A stretch of DNA of 64,000 nucleotides from Roseburia sp. CAG:10041_57 (lineage in GTDB: Bacteria; Bacillota; Clostridia; Lachnospirales; Lachnospiraceae). The stretch is taken from assembly GCA_001916965.1 (NCBI GenBank), contig MNTL01000004.1:33971-97970 (forward strand), written 5' to 3'. The notes under the pieces are model-generated. The model was not told where the DNA came from and searched no databases. It saw nothing but the letters and a program-made list of their open reading frames with translations. The position numbers were made by a program, and so were the translations under genes. Positions 21,255 through 32,939 of this stretch are shown here, piece by piece (position 1 is the stretch's first letter; each line of letters opens with the position of its first letter).

Positions 21255-22427
21255 ATGAATATTGTGATTATTCCTGCCTTTTTCCAAACAAAGAGCAGAA
21301 AAACGCTGGGAAGTTTCTTCCTGGAACAGGCAAGAGCATTACAGCAAAAAGGACACAAAGTTACTATTCTGTATTGCGATACTTATTCCATAAAATGTGT
21401 GAAGGACTGGTTTGCATACAATGAGGAAAAGTCTGAAATCATAGAAGGCATTCAAATTTACAGAAATAGATGTTTTTGTCCATTGAAACATGGAATAGAG
21501 GGACATCGTGAAGCCTTTGCCCAAGGTATTCAGAAGCTATATGATCAATATATGCAGGAGAACAGACCGGATATCATACATGCACACTGTTGTGTATGGG
21601 CAGGCTATGCTGCCATGAAGCTTTCTGAGCAGATTGGAATACCGTATGTGGTAACAGAACATGCTACTTTGTTTCAACTGCACAGGGATGAAATCAGTGA
21701 AAAAAATGATAAAGTCATTCGGAAAATTTTTCAAAAAGCAGCAAGAGTGATCTGTGTAAGTGGAGCCTTTGCCAAGCTGATAGAGTCCTATCGCCCAGAT
21801 ATTGATGTAGTTGGTAATGTAGTAAACTGTGATGCCTTTGTGCCACGGGTAGATTCTGAGAAACACCGAGGAATCAGATTTCTTACAGTGTGCTATATGG
21901 AGGAAGAAGCACAACTGTATAAAAAGGGTATAGATATATTAATTCAGGCATGGACAGAAGTTGTTAAGAGATATACGGATGTAAAACTTGTAATTGGTGG
22001 TGGAGGAAGCGCCAAAACCAAAGTAGAGCAATGGGTGGAAGAACAAGGCATTTCAAAATATGTAGAATTTACCGGTGCCTTGGACAGAAAGCAGGTAATA
22101 CAGGAAATGCAGTCATGCGATTGTTTTGTACTGCCAAGCCGTTACGAGACCTTTGGCGTGGTATATATAGAGGCCATGGCTTGTGGAAAACCTGTTATTG
22201 CAGTGGCTAATGGAGGTCCGGATGATTTTGTTAAACCATTTAATGGACTTTTAATAAAACCAGGGGCAGAAGAGCTGGTTCAGGCGTTTTATGAAATGAT
22301 CGGGCACTTAACACGGGGAAACTATTACCAGGAAGAAAAGATTTCAAACTATATAAAAAGTAAATTCTCGTATGAAGCGATTGCAGAACAATTAGAAGCA
22401 ATCTATAATTCAATAAAGAGTGCATAG
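21255..22427 (+). CDS. GT4 glycosyltransferase
   Basis: IIHAH, VTEH, KKG and PSRYETFGVVYIEAMACGKP (EX7E). Confidence 0.9.
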   Translation: MNIVIIPAFFQTKSRKTLGSFFLEQARALQQKGHKVTILYCDTYSIKCVKDWFAYNEEKSEIIEGIQIYRNRCFCPLKHGIEGHREAFAQGIQKLYDQYMQENRPDIIHAHCCVWAGYAAMKLSEQIGIPYVVTEHATLFQLHRDEISEKNDKVIRKIFQKAARVICVSGAFAKLIESYRPDIDVVGNVVNCDAFVPRVDSEKHRGIRFLTVCYMEEEAQLYKKGIDILIQAWTEVVKRYTDVKLVIGGGGSAKTKVEQWVEEQGISKYVEFTGALDRKQVIQEMQSCDCFVLPSRYETFGVVYIEAMACGKPVIAVANGGPDDFVKPFNGLLIKPGAEELVQAFYEMIGHLTRGNYYQEEKISNYIKSKFSYEAIAEQLEAIYNSIKSA

Positions 22428-23571
22428 AAGTATAGGAGAGATGGCTGTGCGTGAAAAGATGAATAAAATAGGCAATCTGTGCTTTTGGATTGCACTTGTG
22501 ATAGAGAGTGTTATAGTCATGATTGATAAAAGTGCATATATCAATCCCTGGGAAGGAAAACTATTCCGTCTGACTTTTGTATTATTTTGCATTAAGGTAA
22601 TTACTACCCAATATTCTAAAAAAGAATGGATCGCAATAGCGATAGCAGGTATTCTGGTATCCATATCGTATCTGGTAAATGACAAAGACGAAGTGGTTCG
22701 GGCTGCTGTTTTTGTGATTTCCTGTAAAAATATTGACGTAAAGAAAATATTGAAGGTGGTACTTGGCATTACATTGGCAGGTTTGGTAATTCTGTTTGTT
22801 TTAGCAGCAAGTGGCACATTTGGTGCTATGACAATGACAGCCAATTTTGGTCGGGGGCCATTTCCGGGCATTGTTGAAACAAGATACTGTTTTGGTATGG
22901 GACATCCTAATGCCTTTCAGTGCATGATGTATATGATGACAGTTTTATGCTTATATATCTATGTTGATAAAATGAAATGGTATCATTTTGTCCTGTTACT
23001 TTTAATAAATGTAATGACTTATCATTATACCGATTCAAATACAGCAATGTTGGTAATAGGAGCAACCATAATAGGAGCAGCTATTATGAAGTATGTTCCA
23101 ATGCTAAAAAATCTGAAATGGATCTATTGGTTGAGCGCTGCATTTGTACTGACATTAGTTATTTTCTCTGCTGTAGGTTCTTACACAGGAAGAGAAACAC
23201 AGTTTATGTACGATTTGGATCAGATATTAAATGGAAGATTTCAGTATGCTCATGTGATTGAAAATGCAAGAGTAGAGAATTGGACCTTATTCTCAAATAG
23301 AGCAAACACAGAGTTTTTTGATCAAGGATTTATCCGTCTGTTTTACTGGTATGGAATTATTCCGGGAATCATGTACGTATTGGCAAATTTATATTTGATT
23401 TATCAGAGTTATCAAAAAAGAGATTACATGCTGCTCATTATTGTAGTAGGATTTTCACTGTTTTCAATGATGGAGGCCCATTTAGTTTCTGTTTATATTT
23501 TACGTAATTACTTATTTATTTTGCTTGGAAGTTATTGGTATCAACCATTTGAGAGAAAGGAAAAGGTATAG
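22420..23571 (+). CDS. Wzy-like polymerase / O-antigen ligase-like membrane protein
   Basis: About 10 TM segments. RYCFGMGHPN, TDSNT, LNGR, DQGF...YG. Confidence 0.6.
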   Translation: MHRSIGEMAVREKMNKIGNLCFWIALVIESVIVMIDKSAYINPWEGKLFRLTFVLFCIKVITTQYSKKEWIAIAIAGILVSISYLVNDKDEVVRAAVFVISCKNIDVKKILKVVLGITLAGLVILFVLAASGTFGAMTMTANFGRGPFPGIVETRYCFGMGHPNAFQCMMYMMTVLCLYIYVDKMKWYHFVLLLLINVMTYHYTDSNTAMLVIGATIIGAAIMKYVPMLKNLKWIYWLSAAFVLTLVIFSAVGSYTGRETQFMYDLDQILNGRFQYAHVIENARVENWTLFSNRANTEFFDQGFIRLFYWYGIIPGIMYVLANLYLIYQSYQKRDYMLLIIVVGFSLFSMMEAHLVSVYILRNYLFILLGSYWYQPFERKEKV

Positions 23572-23572
23572 T

Positions 23573-24325
23573 ATGCAGGACGTTTTAGTCAGTGTGTTAA
23601 CTCCGTGCTTTAATAGCGTAAAAACGATAGAAAAAACATTAGAGTGCATCGAACAACAGACATATCCTGATATAGAGTATATTATACTGGATGGTGGCTC
23701 TACAGATGGAACTTTGGATATAATAGAACATCATAGAGCAAAATTGCCTAAACAGTTCACTTTGGTTTCAGAAAAGGATAATGGAATCTATGATGCCATG
23801 AATAAGGGAATCAGACAGGCTTCTGGTAAGTTGATCGGTATCGTAAACAGTGATGACTGGTATGAAAAGGATACCATAGAAAATGTAGTAAAGGCTTATC
23901 AGGGTAATCAGTATGAAGTAGTTTATGGTATGCAGAAAACCTATTTAAATGGGAAAGAAAAGTCAACTTTTATCTATCACCATGATTTTTTACCGCAGCA
24001 GATGATCACTCATCCTACTTGTTTTGTGACAAAGGATGTATATGAAAAATTTGGAGTATTTGATTTACAATATAAGTCAGCAGCAGATTATGATTTTATG
24101 TTACGATTATATCAGACAAAACAGGTTACTTTTACACCAGTGATGAAGATTCTTTCCAATTTTCAGTTGGGAGGTATGTCAAGCAGTCAGGTCGGTGTAC
24201 AGGAAAATTTAAAGGTCAGATATAAATATGGATATTTGTCTAAAAAGCAGCTAGTCTTTCAGACAATAAAAAGCAAGATATATCAATGGCTACATGAAAA
24301 AGGTAAAAATCAGGAAGGAAGTTAG
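23573..24325 (+). CDS. GT2 glycosyltransferase (WcaE/WfgS-like)
   Basis: DGGSTDGT, SEKDNGIYDAMNKG, NSDD, HP, ADYD, GGMS. Start taken as the ATG at 23573. Confidence 0.9.
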   Translation: MQDVLVSVLTPCFNSVKTIEKTLECIEQQTYPDIEYIILDGGSTDGTLDIIEHHRAKLPKQFTLVSEKDNGIYDAMNKGIRQASGKLIGIVNSDDWYEKDTIENVVKAYQGNQYEVVYGMQKTYLNGKEKSTFIYHHDFLPQQMITHPTCFVTKDVYEKFGVFDLQYKSAADYDFMLRLYQTKQVTFTPVMKILSNFQLGGMSSSQVGVQENLKVRYKYGYLSKKQLVFQTIKSKIYQWLHEKGKNQEGS

Positions 24326-24327
24326 GG

Positions 24328-25896
24328 ATGGAACGCTTGAACCAGCTGATAAAGAAACAGTATGCAAAGGTACCTAAAGAGTGCAAAATAGCAGTAGTTT
24401 CGGTTATAGTATTTGGATTATTAGCGCATAATTACATGTTTACAAATAAATTACCCAATTATGATGATATGGGCATTACAGGATTTGGGGCAACATTTAG
24501 ACTGGGCAGATGGTTTTTATGGGTATTAGGAGCTGCTGTATATCATTTAGACTTTTCATACAGTCTGCCATGGATAAATGGAATAGTAAGCCTTGTTTTT
24601 ATTGCAGTTTCTGCTGCATTATTGGTTTATATATTTAATTTGAAAAATAAGTTGTCAATTATATTGATTTCGGGGATGCTGGTCGTATTTCCAAGCTGGA
24701 CAGCTACCTTCTTTTTTATGTTTACAGCACTGTATTATTCTTTGGCTGTTTTTTTAGGAGTATTAGGTGTTTTCTTTACGGTGACTTATCGAAAGGGATA
24801 TATTTTAGCCGTTCTTTGCACAGTTTTATCACTTGGAATATATCAGGCATATTTTCCGTTTATAGCATCTTTATACGTGATGGTTTTGATTCAAAATCTG
24901 GTTCAGAATGAAACAATTCGTGTCAGAGAAAAAATAAAGAATTCTTTTAAATATCTGTTTCTTTTGGTTGGTTCCATAATTCTTTATGGTATTATTACAG
25001 AGCTGACACTTTTAATTACAGGACAGCAGTTGGCGTCTTACCGAGGACTGGATAATGTTGGTACAATTTCAATAGAAAAGATTGGTCTGATAATAAAAGA
25101 AATTTTTACATGTTTTGCTTCGTTGTGTCTGGGCAATGATTACGAGTTAAGTTATAATGTGCTGTTAAAGGCTGGATATACAATAGCATTTTTGTTTTGG
25201 CTAATTGAAAGTATTATATGTGTGTGTATATTGTTGAACCAAAAACGAAAAATTGAGAGTATTTGGTTTGTCATATTATCCTTAGCATTATTTATCAGCA
25301 TAAATGGAATCTGTATTATGTGCCCGGAGCCGGATGCAGTGTATAGTTTGATGCGTTATGCATATGTGCTGATACCTGTATATCCGTTAATACTGGCTGA
25401 TATATGTATAGAAAATTTTTCAGGTAAGATGAATGTAATTTTATGTGAAAATATCCTTACCTGTGTTATTTTTATAATGAGTTTGACGTATTGTCATTTT
25501 GCAAACGCACAGTATCTCAGTATGGATTTGGGCTTGAAACAGACGATAGGATTTTATACTCCTATCATTACGCAAATAAAAAGTTTGGATGGCTATACAG
25601 ATGAAACAGAAGTAATATTTATCGGCGTTAATGAAACAGAGATAGATGATAAGACAATGTATCATAATGACGTTATGAGAAAATTTGATATCAGTGGAAG
25701 GGATAGTATCCTATCACAGACGGGTTCGCTAAATTATTTATTATCGATATACTGTGGTTTTAATCCTTCAAAACTTGAGTATTATATGGGAGAAGGCACA
25801 AGGGGAATAGATGAAATTGAGGACATGCCTGTTTATCCTGAAAATGGTTCAATTCAAATGATAAATGGAAAAGCAATAGTAAAACTTGCAGAGTGA
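24328..25896 (+). CDS. GtrII-like (Glucos_trans_II) GT-C glucosyltransferase
   Basis: NYDD, LGRWF, LGIYQAY, many TMs and C-terminal MPVYPENGSI. Paralogous to 61949-63535. Confidence 0.75.
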   Translation: MERLNQLIKKQYAKVPKECKIAVVSVIVFGLLAHNYMFTNKLPNYDDMGITGFGATFRLGRWFLWVLGAAVYHLDFSYSLPWINGIVSLVFIAVSAALLVYIFNLKNKLSIILISGMLVVFPSWTATFFFMFTALYYSLAVFLGVLGVFFTVTYRKGYILAVLCTVLSLGIYQAYFPFIASLYVMVLIQNLVQNETIRVREKIKNSFKYLFLLVGSIILYGIITELTLLITGQQLASYRGLDNVGTISIEKIGLIIKEIFTCFASLCLGNDYELSYNVLLKAGYTIAFLFWLIESIICVCILLNQKRKIESIWFVILSLALFISINGICIMCPEPDAVYSLMRYAYVLIPVYPLILADICIENFSGKMNVILCENILTCVIFIMSLTYCHFANAQYLSMDLGLKQTIGFYTPIITQIKSLDGYTDETEVIFIGVNETEIDDKTMYHNDVMRKFDISGRDSILSQTGSLNYLLSIYCGFNPSKLEYYMGEGTRGIDEIEDMPVYPENGSIQMINGKAIVKLAE

Positions 25897-27167
25897 AAGG
25901 AAAATATGCGACGATTATGAAAAAAATAATTAAAAAAATTCAAAGTGATAATGATGCGAAATTTCTGATACTTATTTTTATGATCATGGTCATGCAGGCA
26001 ATACGATATTACCCATTTAAGTTTGGTGGATGGAATCAAATCATGCTTTCATTTACGTATAGATACGGATTTATTCAAAGAGCATTTATAGGAACTATTT
26101 TGGATATTGAGTCTACACTATTTCACATTCCTTTGAAGTATATGAGATATATTTATGGCATATTTACAGTTGTTGTGTGGTCTTTTATTTGTCTGCTTAT
26201 ATCTAAAAAAGCGATAACAACTATAAATGATAAGCAAATAAATAATTTTTTAAAGGGATTGACATTGGCTTTTTTTATCGGACCAGGATGGGTTTCATAC
26301 TATAGTAACTTTGGAATTACAGATGTTTGGTTGGCATTAATATCTTTTTTATTAGTGTATCTAGTTATAAAAGAGAAATACGTTTATGGGATCATTATAT
26401 TGGTGATTATTGCAGAACTTATACATCCAGGTTATGTTTTTCTTTTTTTTAATTTTCCAATGATTATTATTGTATATAAAGCTATGCTTGTAAAAGACAA
26501 ATTTGATGCAAAGTATATTTGGCTATTTGGAATTAACGCATTAGTTGCTTCTGCGTTGTTTTTCATTTTGTTTTTGTTTGCGCATGCAAAGGATGGAATT
26601 AATATAGAGTATGTCATGGGACGAACAGCAGAATTTGTTGGGAAAACAGTAGAAGAAATAGAAAATCATAGACCAACAATTAATGATTTTTTATTTAGAT
26701 CAGGTGGAGATGGTGGAATTAGGTGTTTAATTCAATCATGGGGATTTCTGATTGTAGGAATGATAATTGCATTTTTACCATTTTTCTATGAAATATATAG
26801 ATATTGGTTAAATGTATATTGCGTTGCAAAAGAAAATAAGATGAGATTTTCATGGTATTTTTTTGTAATACCATTTGGAACAGTTACTTTAGTACCAGTG
26901 TATATTATGCAAAATGACTATGGTAGATGGACACATGCTGGTCTTATCTATGAAGTTGGAATTATAGTCGTTATGATATTTATGAAAGATAAAAATGTGC
27001 TGGAAGGCACAAAAAGGTACATGGCTTATGTCAAATTACATAAATGGTATTATGTTACATTGATTGCATATGCTGGAATATGTGGCGCCTTTGATCAAAA
27101 TTTAATTAACTCACTTGTTTCAACAATTGAGCAGACAATATGGAAAGTAATTTATGTTTTTGCATAA
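25893..27167 (+). CDS. Multi-pass membrane protein of unknown function
   Basis: 424 aa, hydrophobic. YRYGFIQRAFIG, LIHPG, DYGRW. Confidence 0.55.
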   Translation: MKGKYATIMKKIIKKIQSDNDAKFLILIFMIMVMQAIRYYPFKFGGWNQIMLSFTYRYGFIQRAFIGTILDIESTLFHIPLKYMRYIYGIFTVVVWSFICLLISKKAITTINDKQINNFLKGLTLAFFIGPGWVSYYSNFGITDVWLALISFLLVYLVIKEKYVYGIIILVIIAELIHPGYVFLFFNFPMIIIVYKAMLVKDKFDAKYIWLFGINALVASALFFILFLFAHAKDGINIEYVMGRTAEFVGKTVEEIENHRPTINDFLFRSGGDGGIRCLIQSWGFLIVGMIIAFLPFFYEIYRYWLNVYCVAKENKMRFSWYFFVIPFGTVTLVPVYIMQNDYGRWTHAGLIYEVGIIVVMIFMKDKNVLEGTKRYMAYVKLHKWYYVTLIAYAGICGAFDQNLINSLVSTIEQTIWKVIYVFA

Positions 27168-27169
27168 AA

Positions 27170-28650
27170 AAGGACTTTTATTTGGGGTTACATTTTTATT
27201 TACTTTATCAGTTTTTCCTTTTTATATATTGGTTCTGTTTCCTTAGCGGTATATGTCATTTATCGAATGATTAATGAAAAAGAGAAATGGCAAGATGCAA
27301 TTAGATATATTAGGAATATGATTTTTGAGTATTTGCTTGGTCTTGGAACAGCTGCATTTATATTTATACTTGCTGTTTGGGGCTTTTTGGAAAGAAATCG
27401 CACAGGGATAAAAACAGATTATCACTTGTTCTATTCATTTCAAGAAATTTGTACAATGCTTAAAAATATATTTTTGCCTTCTTATAGTACGGAGCAGGAA
27501 TTGGCTGTGTGTACAATAGGGATTATTATTGTAATAAGTATTATTTTATCTAAAAATAATGGAAAAGAAAAAGTTGCATTATTTTTATTGTTTTTGTTAA
27601 CTAGTATTCCGTTTATAAGTTGCGTGATGTCTGGATTTGGAGAATGCTACGGCAGATGGGAATTGGTAATAAATATGTACTTTGCTTTTTTGGCAATTAT
27701 GTATTGGGATGAATTATATAATTTATCAATTGTTCAGAAAACTGGAATAATAATTGTGTTTATTGGATTATGTTTTATTGCAAAAGCAGAAGGTATTATT
27801 GAACATCAGATGTATAGCATTACTTTAAAATTTTATGTAATTTTATTAATGATGCTTGTAGTTGTATTATCGTTGGCAAAAAGGATAAAAAGTCAAAAAA
27901 GTAATACAGATAGCAATGTTTGGTATGTTTGTCATTTCTTGTTTTACTATTTGCTATAATTGGAGAGGAGTTGCAAGAGATAGAGATATTTCGGTATTGC
28001 AGGAGAGGGAAGTTGTAGAGGAACTTTTATGCGATGTAGATGAAAGTACATTTTGCAGGATTGATAATGAAAGAGGATTTGCTGAACCGAGAACTGGAAT
28101 GAATATTTCATTGTCGCAGGATTATCTAGGTGTAATGGAATATGTAAGTATTGAAAATAATAGTTATATATGGGCGTTTGATAAGTGGGGCATTTCATAT
28201 AAAGACCATAATATACTGGGATTAGATCAGAGAGCTATTTTAGAGACGTTATGTAATGTAAAATATTTTGTTGTTCGCTCAAAGTATGATTTTTATCACC
28301 ATATGGGTTTGAATATGTAAAGTCTACAGAAGATGGAGAATGGGATTTATATCAAAATAGTAATTCACTTCCAATATTATATGGATATAGTAGTGTAGTA
28401 GACAGTGATTTATTTGCACAAATGAATGGATTAAAAAAACAAAATTATATGCTCAATGCAGCTTCAGTAGAAAAGTATGATGGAAATGTCAAAAGATAGA
28501 ATTGACGGATGATCATATTGGGCAGACGGAATATAAGATAACGGATATAAAGGCTGGAAAGGTTGAAAAAGGTATTGTACGTTTGAATGCAGGAAGGATA
28601 ATACTGAAAAAAGAAGATATTAAGTGCACGGTTGAAATAAAAGGAGGGAA
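27170..28650 (+). pseudogene. Fragmented YfhO-like GT-C membrane protein
   Basis: Successive broken frames (27267-27959, 27916-28320 and further pieces) carry YfhO-like motifs YGRW, GLDQRAILETLCNVKYFV and PYGF...LYQN...LP..YGY. No intact start or end. Confidence 0.6.
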
Positions 28651-28684
28651 TTAAGATATTTATTAAGAATATCTGATAAGAAAT

Positions 28685-29734
28685 ATGGATAAAAGAATTT
28701 CTGGACTGGATTTGTTAAAGATTATTGCAACTGTAATGATAATTTTTCACCATTATCAACAAATTACAGGTGCTTGGTGGGGAGCATCAAGTTTTTACGG
28801 AGGGTTATTTTATTATGGAGAATTAGTTGAATTATTTTTTATTATTTCTGGATTTATTATGTATAGATATATTGAAAAAATAAAATTCGGATTGAGCTTT
28901 AAAAAATATTGTATTCATAGATTCTTTCGTTTTATACCTTTAATGGCTATATGCGTTATTGTTACTACAGTATTTGCACATTTATATATTATTTTATATG
29001 GAGAGGTATTCTTCAATGTTGATTCATTTTCTCTTTGGACAATATTAATTTCTTCGCTTGGAATATAAGAAGGTTGGTTCGCAACCAATGTTGGAATTAA
29101 CAATCCTGCATGGTATATAAGCGTTCTGTTATTATGTTATGTAATTTTGTATTTACTGACTTTTATAGCAGAAAGGCTTCATATTTCATGTAATTACTTA
29201 TTTGGCGGAATGATTTTTATTGGATTAGGAATTCAGTATTATGGAATTAATTATCCCCTTTTTAATTATTTAAGTAGTAGAGGCTATGTTACATTTTTCC
29301 TTGGATTGCTTTTAGCATATGTGGTAGACAAAAGAGCAGAATTAATTAATTTTCAGATATGTCTGACTATTATAATTATAATTCCTTTTTTAATATATAA
29401 ACAATATTGGTTGGTACTAAAAGATGTTAAATATATAATGATATTTATATTTTACCCAGCACTGATATTTGTCTTTTCGTCACAGTTTGTATCAAAGATT
29501 ATGCATTGGAGTTGGATAAATAATCTTGCTAATATATCATTTAATGCATTTATGTGGCATTATCCTTTGTTGGAAATAATGTATGTAGTTTTAAAGCTAT
29601 TCGATTTTAAATTTGATTTATGTACTATAAATGCGATGATTATTTTTTCAGTAGTATGTTTTGGAGTTGGAACTTTATCGTACATTCTTATAGAAAAGCC
29701 TTTAAATAGAGTAATAAATTTAAAGATAAATTAG
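28685..29734 (+). pseudogene. Acyltransferase-3 (AT3) gene with one nonsense codon
   Basis: GLDLLKIIA, HH, VELFFIISG, NPAWYIS, IEKP. ORFs 28685-29068 and 29147-29734 share a frame, separated by TAA at 29066-29068. Confidence 0.85.
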
Positions 29735-29791
29735 AAATATTTTATTACTTTCATAAATAAGCATATCGTGATGTTAGAAAGTGTAAGGATT

Positions 29792-30530
29792 ATGGAAAAA
29801 GAAGATTTAAAAGATAAGTGGAAAAGATATGAAAAAAATGGAAGTTTAGGGATTTCTATTTTAATAAATGTCTGAGAAGACATGGAATAGTAAAATATTT
29901 TCATCGTGAACCGGTTATGCCCAGATTTGCTCATAAACTGGTAATGTCTTCAAAAAAACCAATGAGTATTTGTATGAAAAAATCCAGTCTGGAGAACCAT
30001 TTTTGGCGTGCCGTTTTGGCAATACAGAGCTTCAGACGGTAGTTGGAAATTTAAAGGTAAAAATACTAGGACATTCTAAAGAGGCAGATGAATATTTGGA
30101 CAAGTGGTTTACTAGGCTGGGGAATGGCGCAGGTTTTTTCCTGTAGACTATCAATATCTTGCCAGAATTTGAACTGAAGACATTAAACGCTGTACAGACC
30201 ATTGCCGGAGAAAAAGATGAGAGATTCTCCACATGGTTTGAAGCATTGGAATATATGTTCGAGGAGACAATGAAGATAGATTTTGATATTGCAATTATTG
30301 GTTGTGGTGCTTATGGTATGCCATTGGCTGCAAAACTGAAAAAAACAGGAAAGCAGGCAATTCACTTAGGTGGGGAAACTCAGCTGTTGTTTGGTATTAA
30401 AGGAAAATGGTGGGAAGAAAATTATCCATCTAAAATAGCTTCCTGCTTTAATGAGTACTGGGGCTATCCGGCTGACTCGGAAAAACCTAAAAATGCAGGT
30501 ACAGTTGAAATGGGATGCTATTGGAAATAG
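29792..30530 (+). pseudogene. Degraded paralogue of the GT-D-like gene at 39792-40802
   Basis: Near-identical N-terminal DNA (aagtggaaaagatatgaaaaaa...aataaatgtct.agaagacatgg) and C-terminus (IGCGAYGMPL...GCYWK). Several single-base deletions and an internal deletion of about 90 codons. Confidence 0.9.
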
Positions 30531-30541
30531 AGGAAAGAATA

Positions 30542-30709
30542 ATGAAACCAGATGTGAATAAGATAAGGATAATAATTGGATGGATATATGTATATCTGTT
30601 TCTTGGCTTGGCTGTTGTAAGGACAATGACAGTTGGTAACTTTATTGTATTATTGATTTTAGCTATAATAAGTTTCTTTCTTGATATATGGAATAGAAAA
30701 GGACTATAG
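30542..30709 (+). CDS. Small hydrophobic two-TM peptide (55 aa)
   Basis: ATG at 30542 after GAGG, two hydrophobic stretches, fills the gap between neighbouring genes. Confidence 0.4.
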   Translation: MKPDVNKIRIIIGWIYVYLFLGLAVVRTMTVGNFIVLLILAIISFFLDIWNRKGL

Positions 30710-30720
30710 GATTATATTAT

Positions 30721-31839
30721 ATGATTAATATAAAGAAAATTGCAATTATATCTTTAAATACAGAAAAGAAAAATTTAAGTAAATACTATAATTCTCAGGC
30801 AGAGGGATTGGCAAAGGCATTTGCCAGATTAGGGCATGATGTAGAGGTGTATCACCTTATTCCTGATTTGGATGGAGAAAAAGAAGAAATAGAGCATGAT
30901 GGTATCAAAAGTATTTATTTGAAGACAAAACATATAGGAAAACATGCATTGCCTGATTATACCGGATTTAATGTAGATAGAGAGTGCTACATTACGGCAT
31001 CAGATAACTATATCGCATTGCGGGGATTCTTTAAATGGTGCAGGAAAAATAATATCTTATGTCTGCCGTACATTGGAGTTATCAGAAGCAATAATGCTTC
31101 AGCCTGGAAAAAGAAAATAGTAGATTTATTTTGCGATAATACATGGTTTTATAAAAAGTATCCCACTGTTGTGAAAACCCCTGCTTTAGCCGAACAATTG
31201 AGAGCATTAGGTGCAGGAGATAATGTAAAAATAATTCCGGTGGGGCTGGATGAAAGTATTTTAAAACAGAATTATGCAAAGTATAACATAAACGATTTAA
31301 AAGAAAAATGGGGATATCATTCAGAAAATAAAGTGCTGCTGTTTATTGGGCGAATGACAAATGAAAAACAGCCGCTTAAAATGGTAGAAATATTCCAACA
31401 GTTATACGCACAGGATAAGAATTACAGGTTACTGATGATTGGACAGGGAGAATTGTTAGAGCAGGTAAAACAGAGTATTTCACAGAAATCACTTGGGAAT
31501 GTCGTATCAATCATGGAAAAGATAGAAAACAGTAATATTTGGGAAGCGTATCGTATAGCATATGCCTATGTTAATTTAAATGAACATGAGATCTTTGGTA
31601 TGTCAATTTTGGAAGCTATGTACTATGAGTGCCCTGTTGTGGCGTTGGAAGCACCGGGACCTGATTATATTCTGGAACATGGGAAGTATGGTTATTTATG
31701 CAGCAGTGATTTAGAGTTATATAATAGTTTGATACAGAAAAAATTAAGGGGAAAGATAGAAGAAGCAAAAAGCAGAATATGTAACCAGTATACATGGAAT
31801 GAATCTGCAAAGGAATTTTTTAAAGTATGGAGGAATTAG
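30721..31839 (+). CDS. GT4 glycosyltransferase
   Basis: [10 protein letters not shown] and [12 protein letters not shown] (EX7E). Confidence 0.85.
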   Translation: MINIKKIAIISLNTEKKNLSKYYNSQAEGLAKAFARLGHDVEVYHLIPDLDGEKEEIEHDGIKSIYLKTKHIGKHALPDYTGFNVDRECYITASDNYIALRGFFKWCRKNNILCLPYIGVIRSNNASAWKKKIVDLFCDNTWFYKKYPTVVKTPALAEQLRALGAGDNVKIIPVGLDESILKQNYAKYNINDLKEKWGYHSENKVLLFIGRMTNEKQPLKMVEIFQQLYAQDKNYRLLMIGQGELLEQVKQSISQKSLGNVVSIMEKIENSNIWEAYRIAYAYVNLNEHEIFGMSILEAMYYECPVVALEAPGPDYILEHGKYGYLCSSDLELYNSLIQKKLRGKIEEAKSRICNQYTWNESAKEFFKVWRN

Positions 31840-32852
31840 AATTGAGGGAAAGAGAGAAGTGGGTTGATGCTGTAAAGGGACTGGCTATTTATTTAGTGAT
31901 ATTGGGGCATGCTATTCAATATGCGACCAGTCAAGATTATAATTATGCAGGAAATAGTATTTTTCAAATTATATATAGCTTTCATATGCCGTTATTTATG
32001 ATGATGAGTGGATATCTATTTGCTTATTCTATGAACAAGTATTCTATAAAGGGTGGTATGATTGCGAAGGTACGAGGAATATTAGTTCCGTGTATTTCAT
32101 GGGGAATAATTACATATTTAATTGATTTAATACTATATAGAAATCAAAAAATCGGAATAGTAGCTGCTTTAGATTATACTTATAATAGTAACTGGTTTTT
32201 GTGGGCAGTATTTTTCACATCGATATTAGCATATATTTTTATCTCTGTTTTTAAGAAAAAAGAAGTCTCTCTTGCTATATTGGCAGTGATAAATTTTGTG
32301 TTACCCGATACGCCTGAATATTTTCATATACAGTCAGTCAGAAGATTACTTTTATTTTTCATAATAGGCATAGCAATTAATAGAATAAAAATAATGAATA
32401 AATTAACCCCAAAATATTATTGGATAACGTTAACTATCGTATTTAGTATATATGTTTGCTTGATGATATTCGTCTTAAGGCGGGGAGAGTATTTTACGAC
32501 TCAGATATGTATGTTAACAGGTATAAGGGATGCGATAAAAATTGTTTTGAATACTTTGATGCAATTAACAGGATGCTTCAGCATTATGCTGATTTTATAT
32601 AAAATTCAACCTAAATGTAAGTTACATGTTATACGCCAGCTAGGTGAAAATTCAATTGTCATTTATGTTTTTTCGGGAATACTCTTTTTTTTCCTGATAA
32701 AAGATTATTGTCGAATTCCAGAGGAATATCGGTATTGTATTAAAGCAGGGTATGTATTAGTAATTTCATTGATTATAACGGGAATTTCTTATCTGACTGC
32801 TAAATTGATAAATAGGAACAAATGGACAAAGAAAATTCTAATGGGCAAATAG
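31827..32852 (+). CDS. Acyltransferase-3 (NolL-like sugar O-acetyltransferase)
   Basis: [41 protein letters not shown]. Confidence 0.85.
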   Translation: MEELELREREKWVDAVKGLAIYLVILGHAIQYATSQDYNYAGNSIFQIIYSFHMPLFMMMSGYLFAYSMNKYSIKGGMIAKVRGILVPCISWGIITYLIDLILYRNQKIGIVAALDYTYNSNWFLWAVFFTSILAYIFISVFKKKEVSLAILAVINFVLPDTPEYFHIQSVRRLLLFFIIGIAINRIKIMNKLTPKYYWITLTIVFSIYVCLMIFVLRRGEYFTTQICMLTGIRDAIKIVLNTLMQLTGCFSIMLILYKIQPKCKLHVIRQLGENSIVIYVFSGILFFFLIKDYCRIPEEYRYCIKAGYVLVISLIITGISYLTAKLINRNKWTKKILMGK

Positions 32853-32939
32853 TAATGATAATAATTTGATTAATTATATTTATTGTAGTAGTATTAAGAA
32901 CATAAAGTATTCATTAAGGTATGGACGGGAGAGAAGAAA

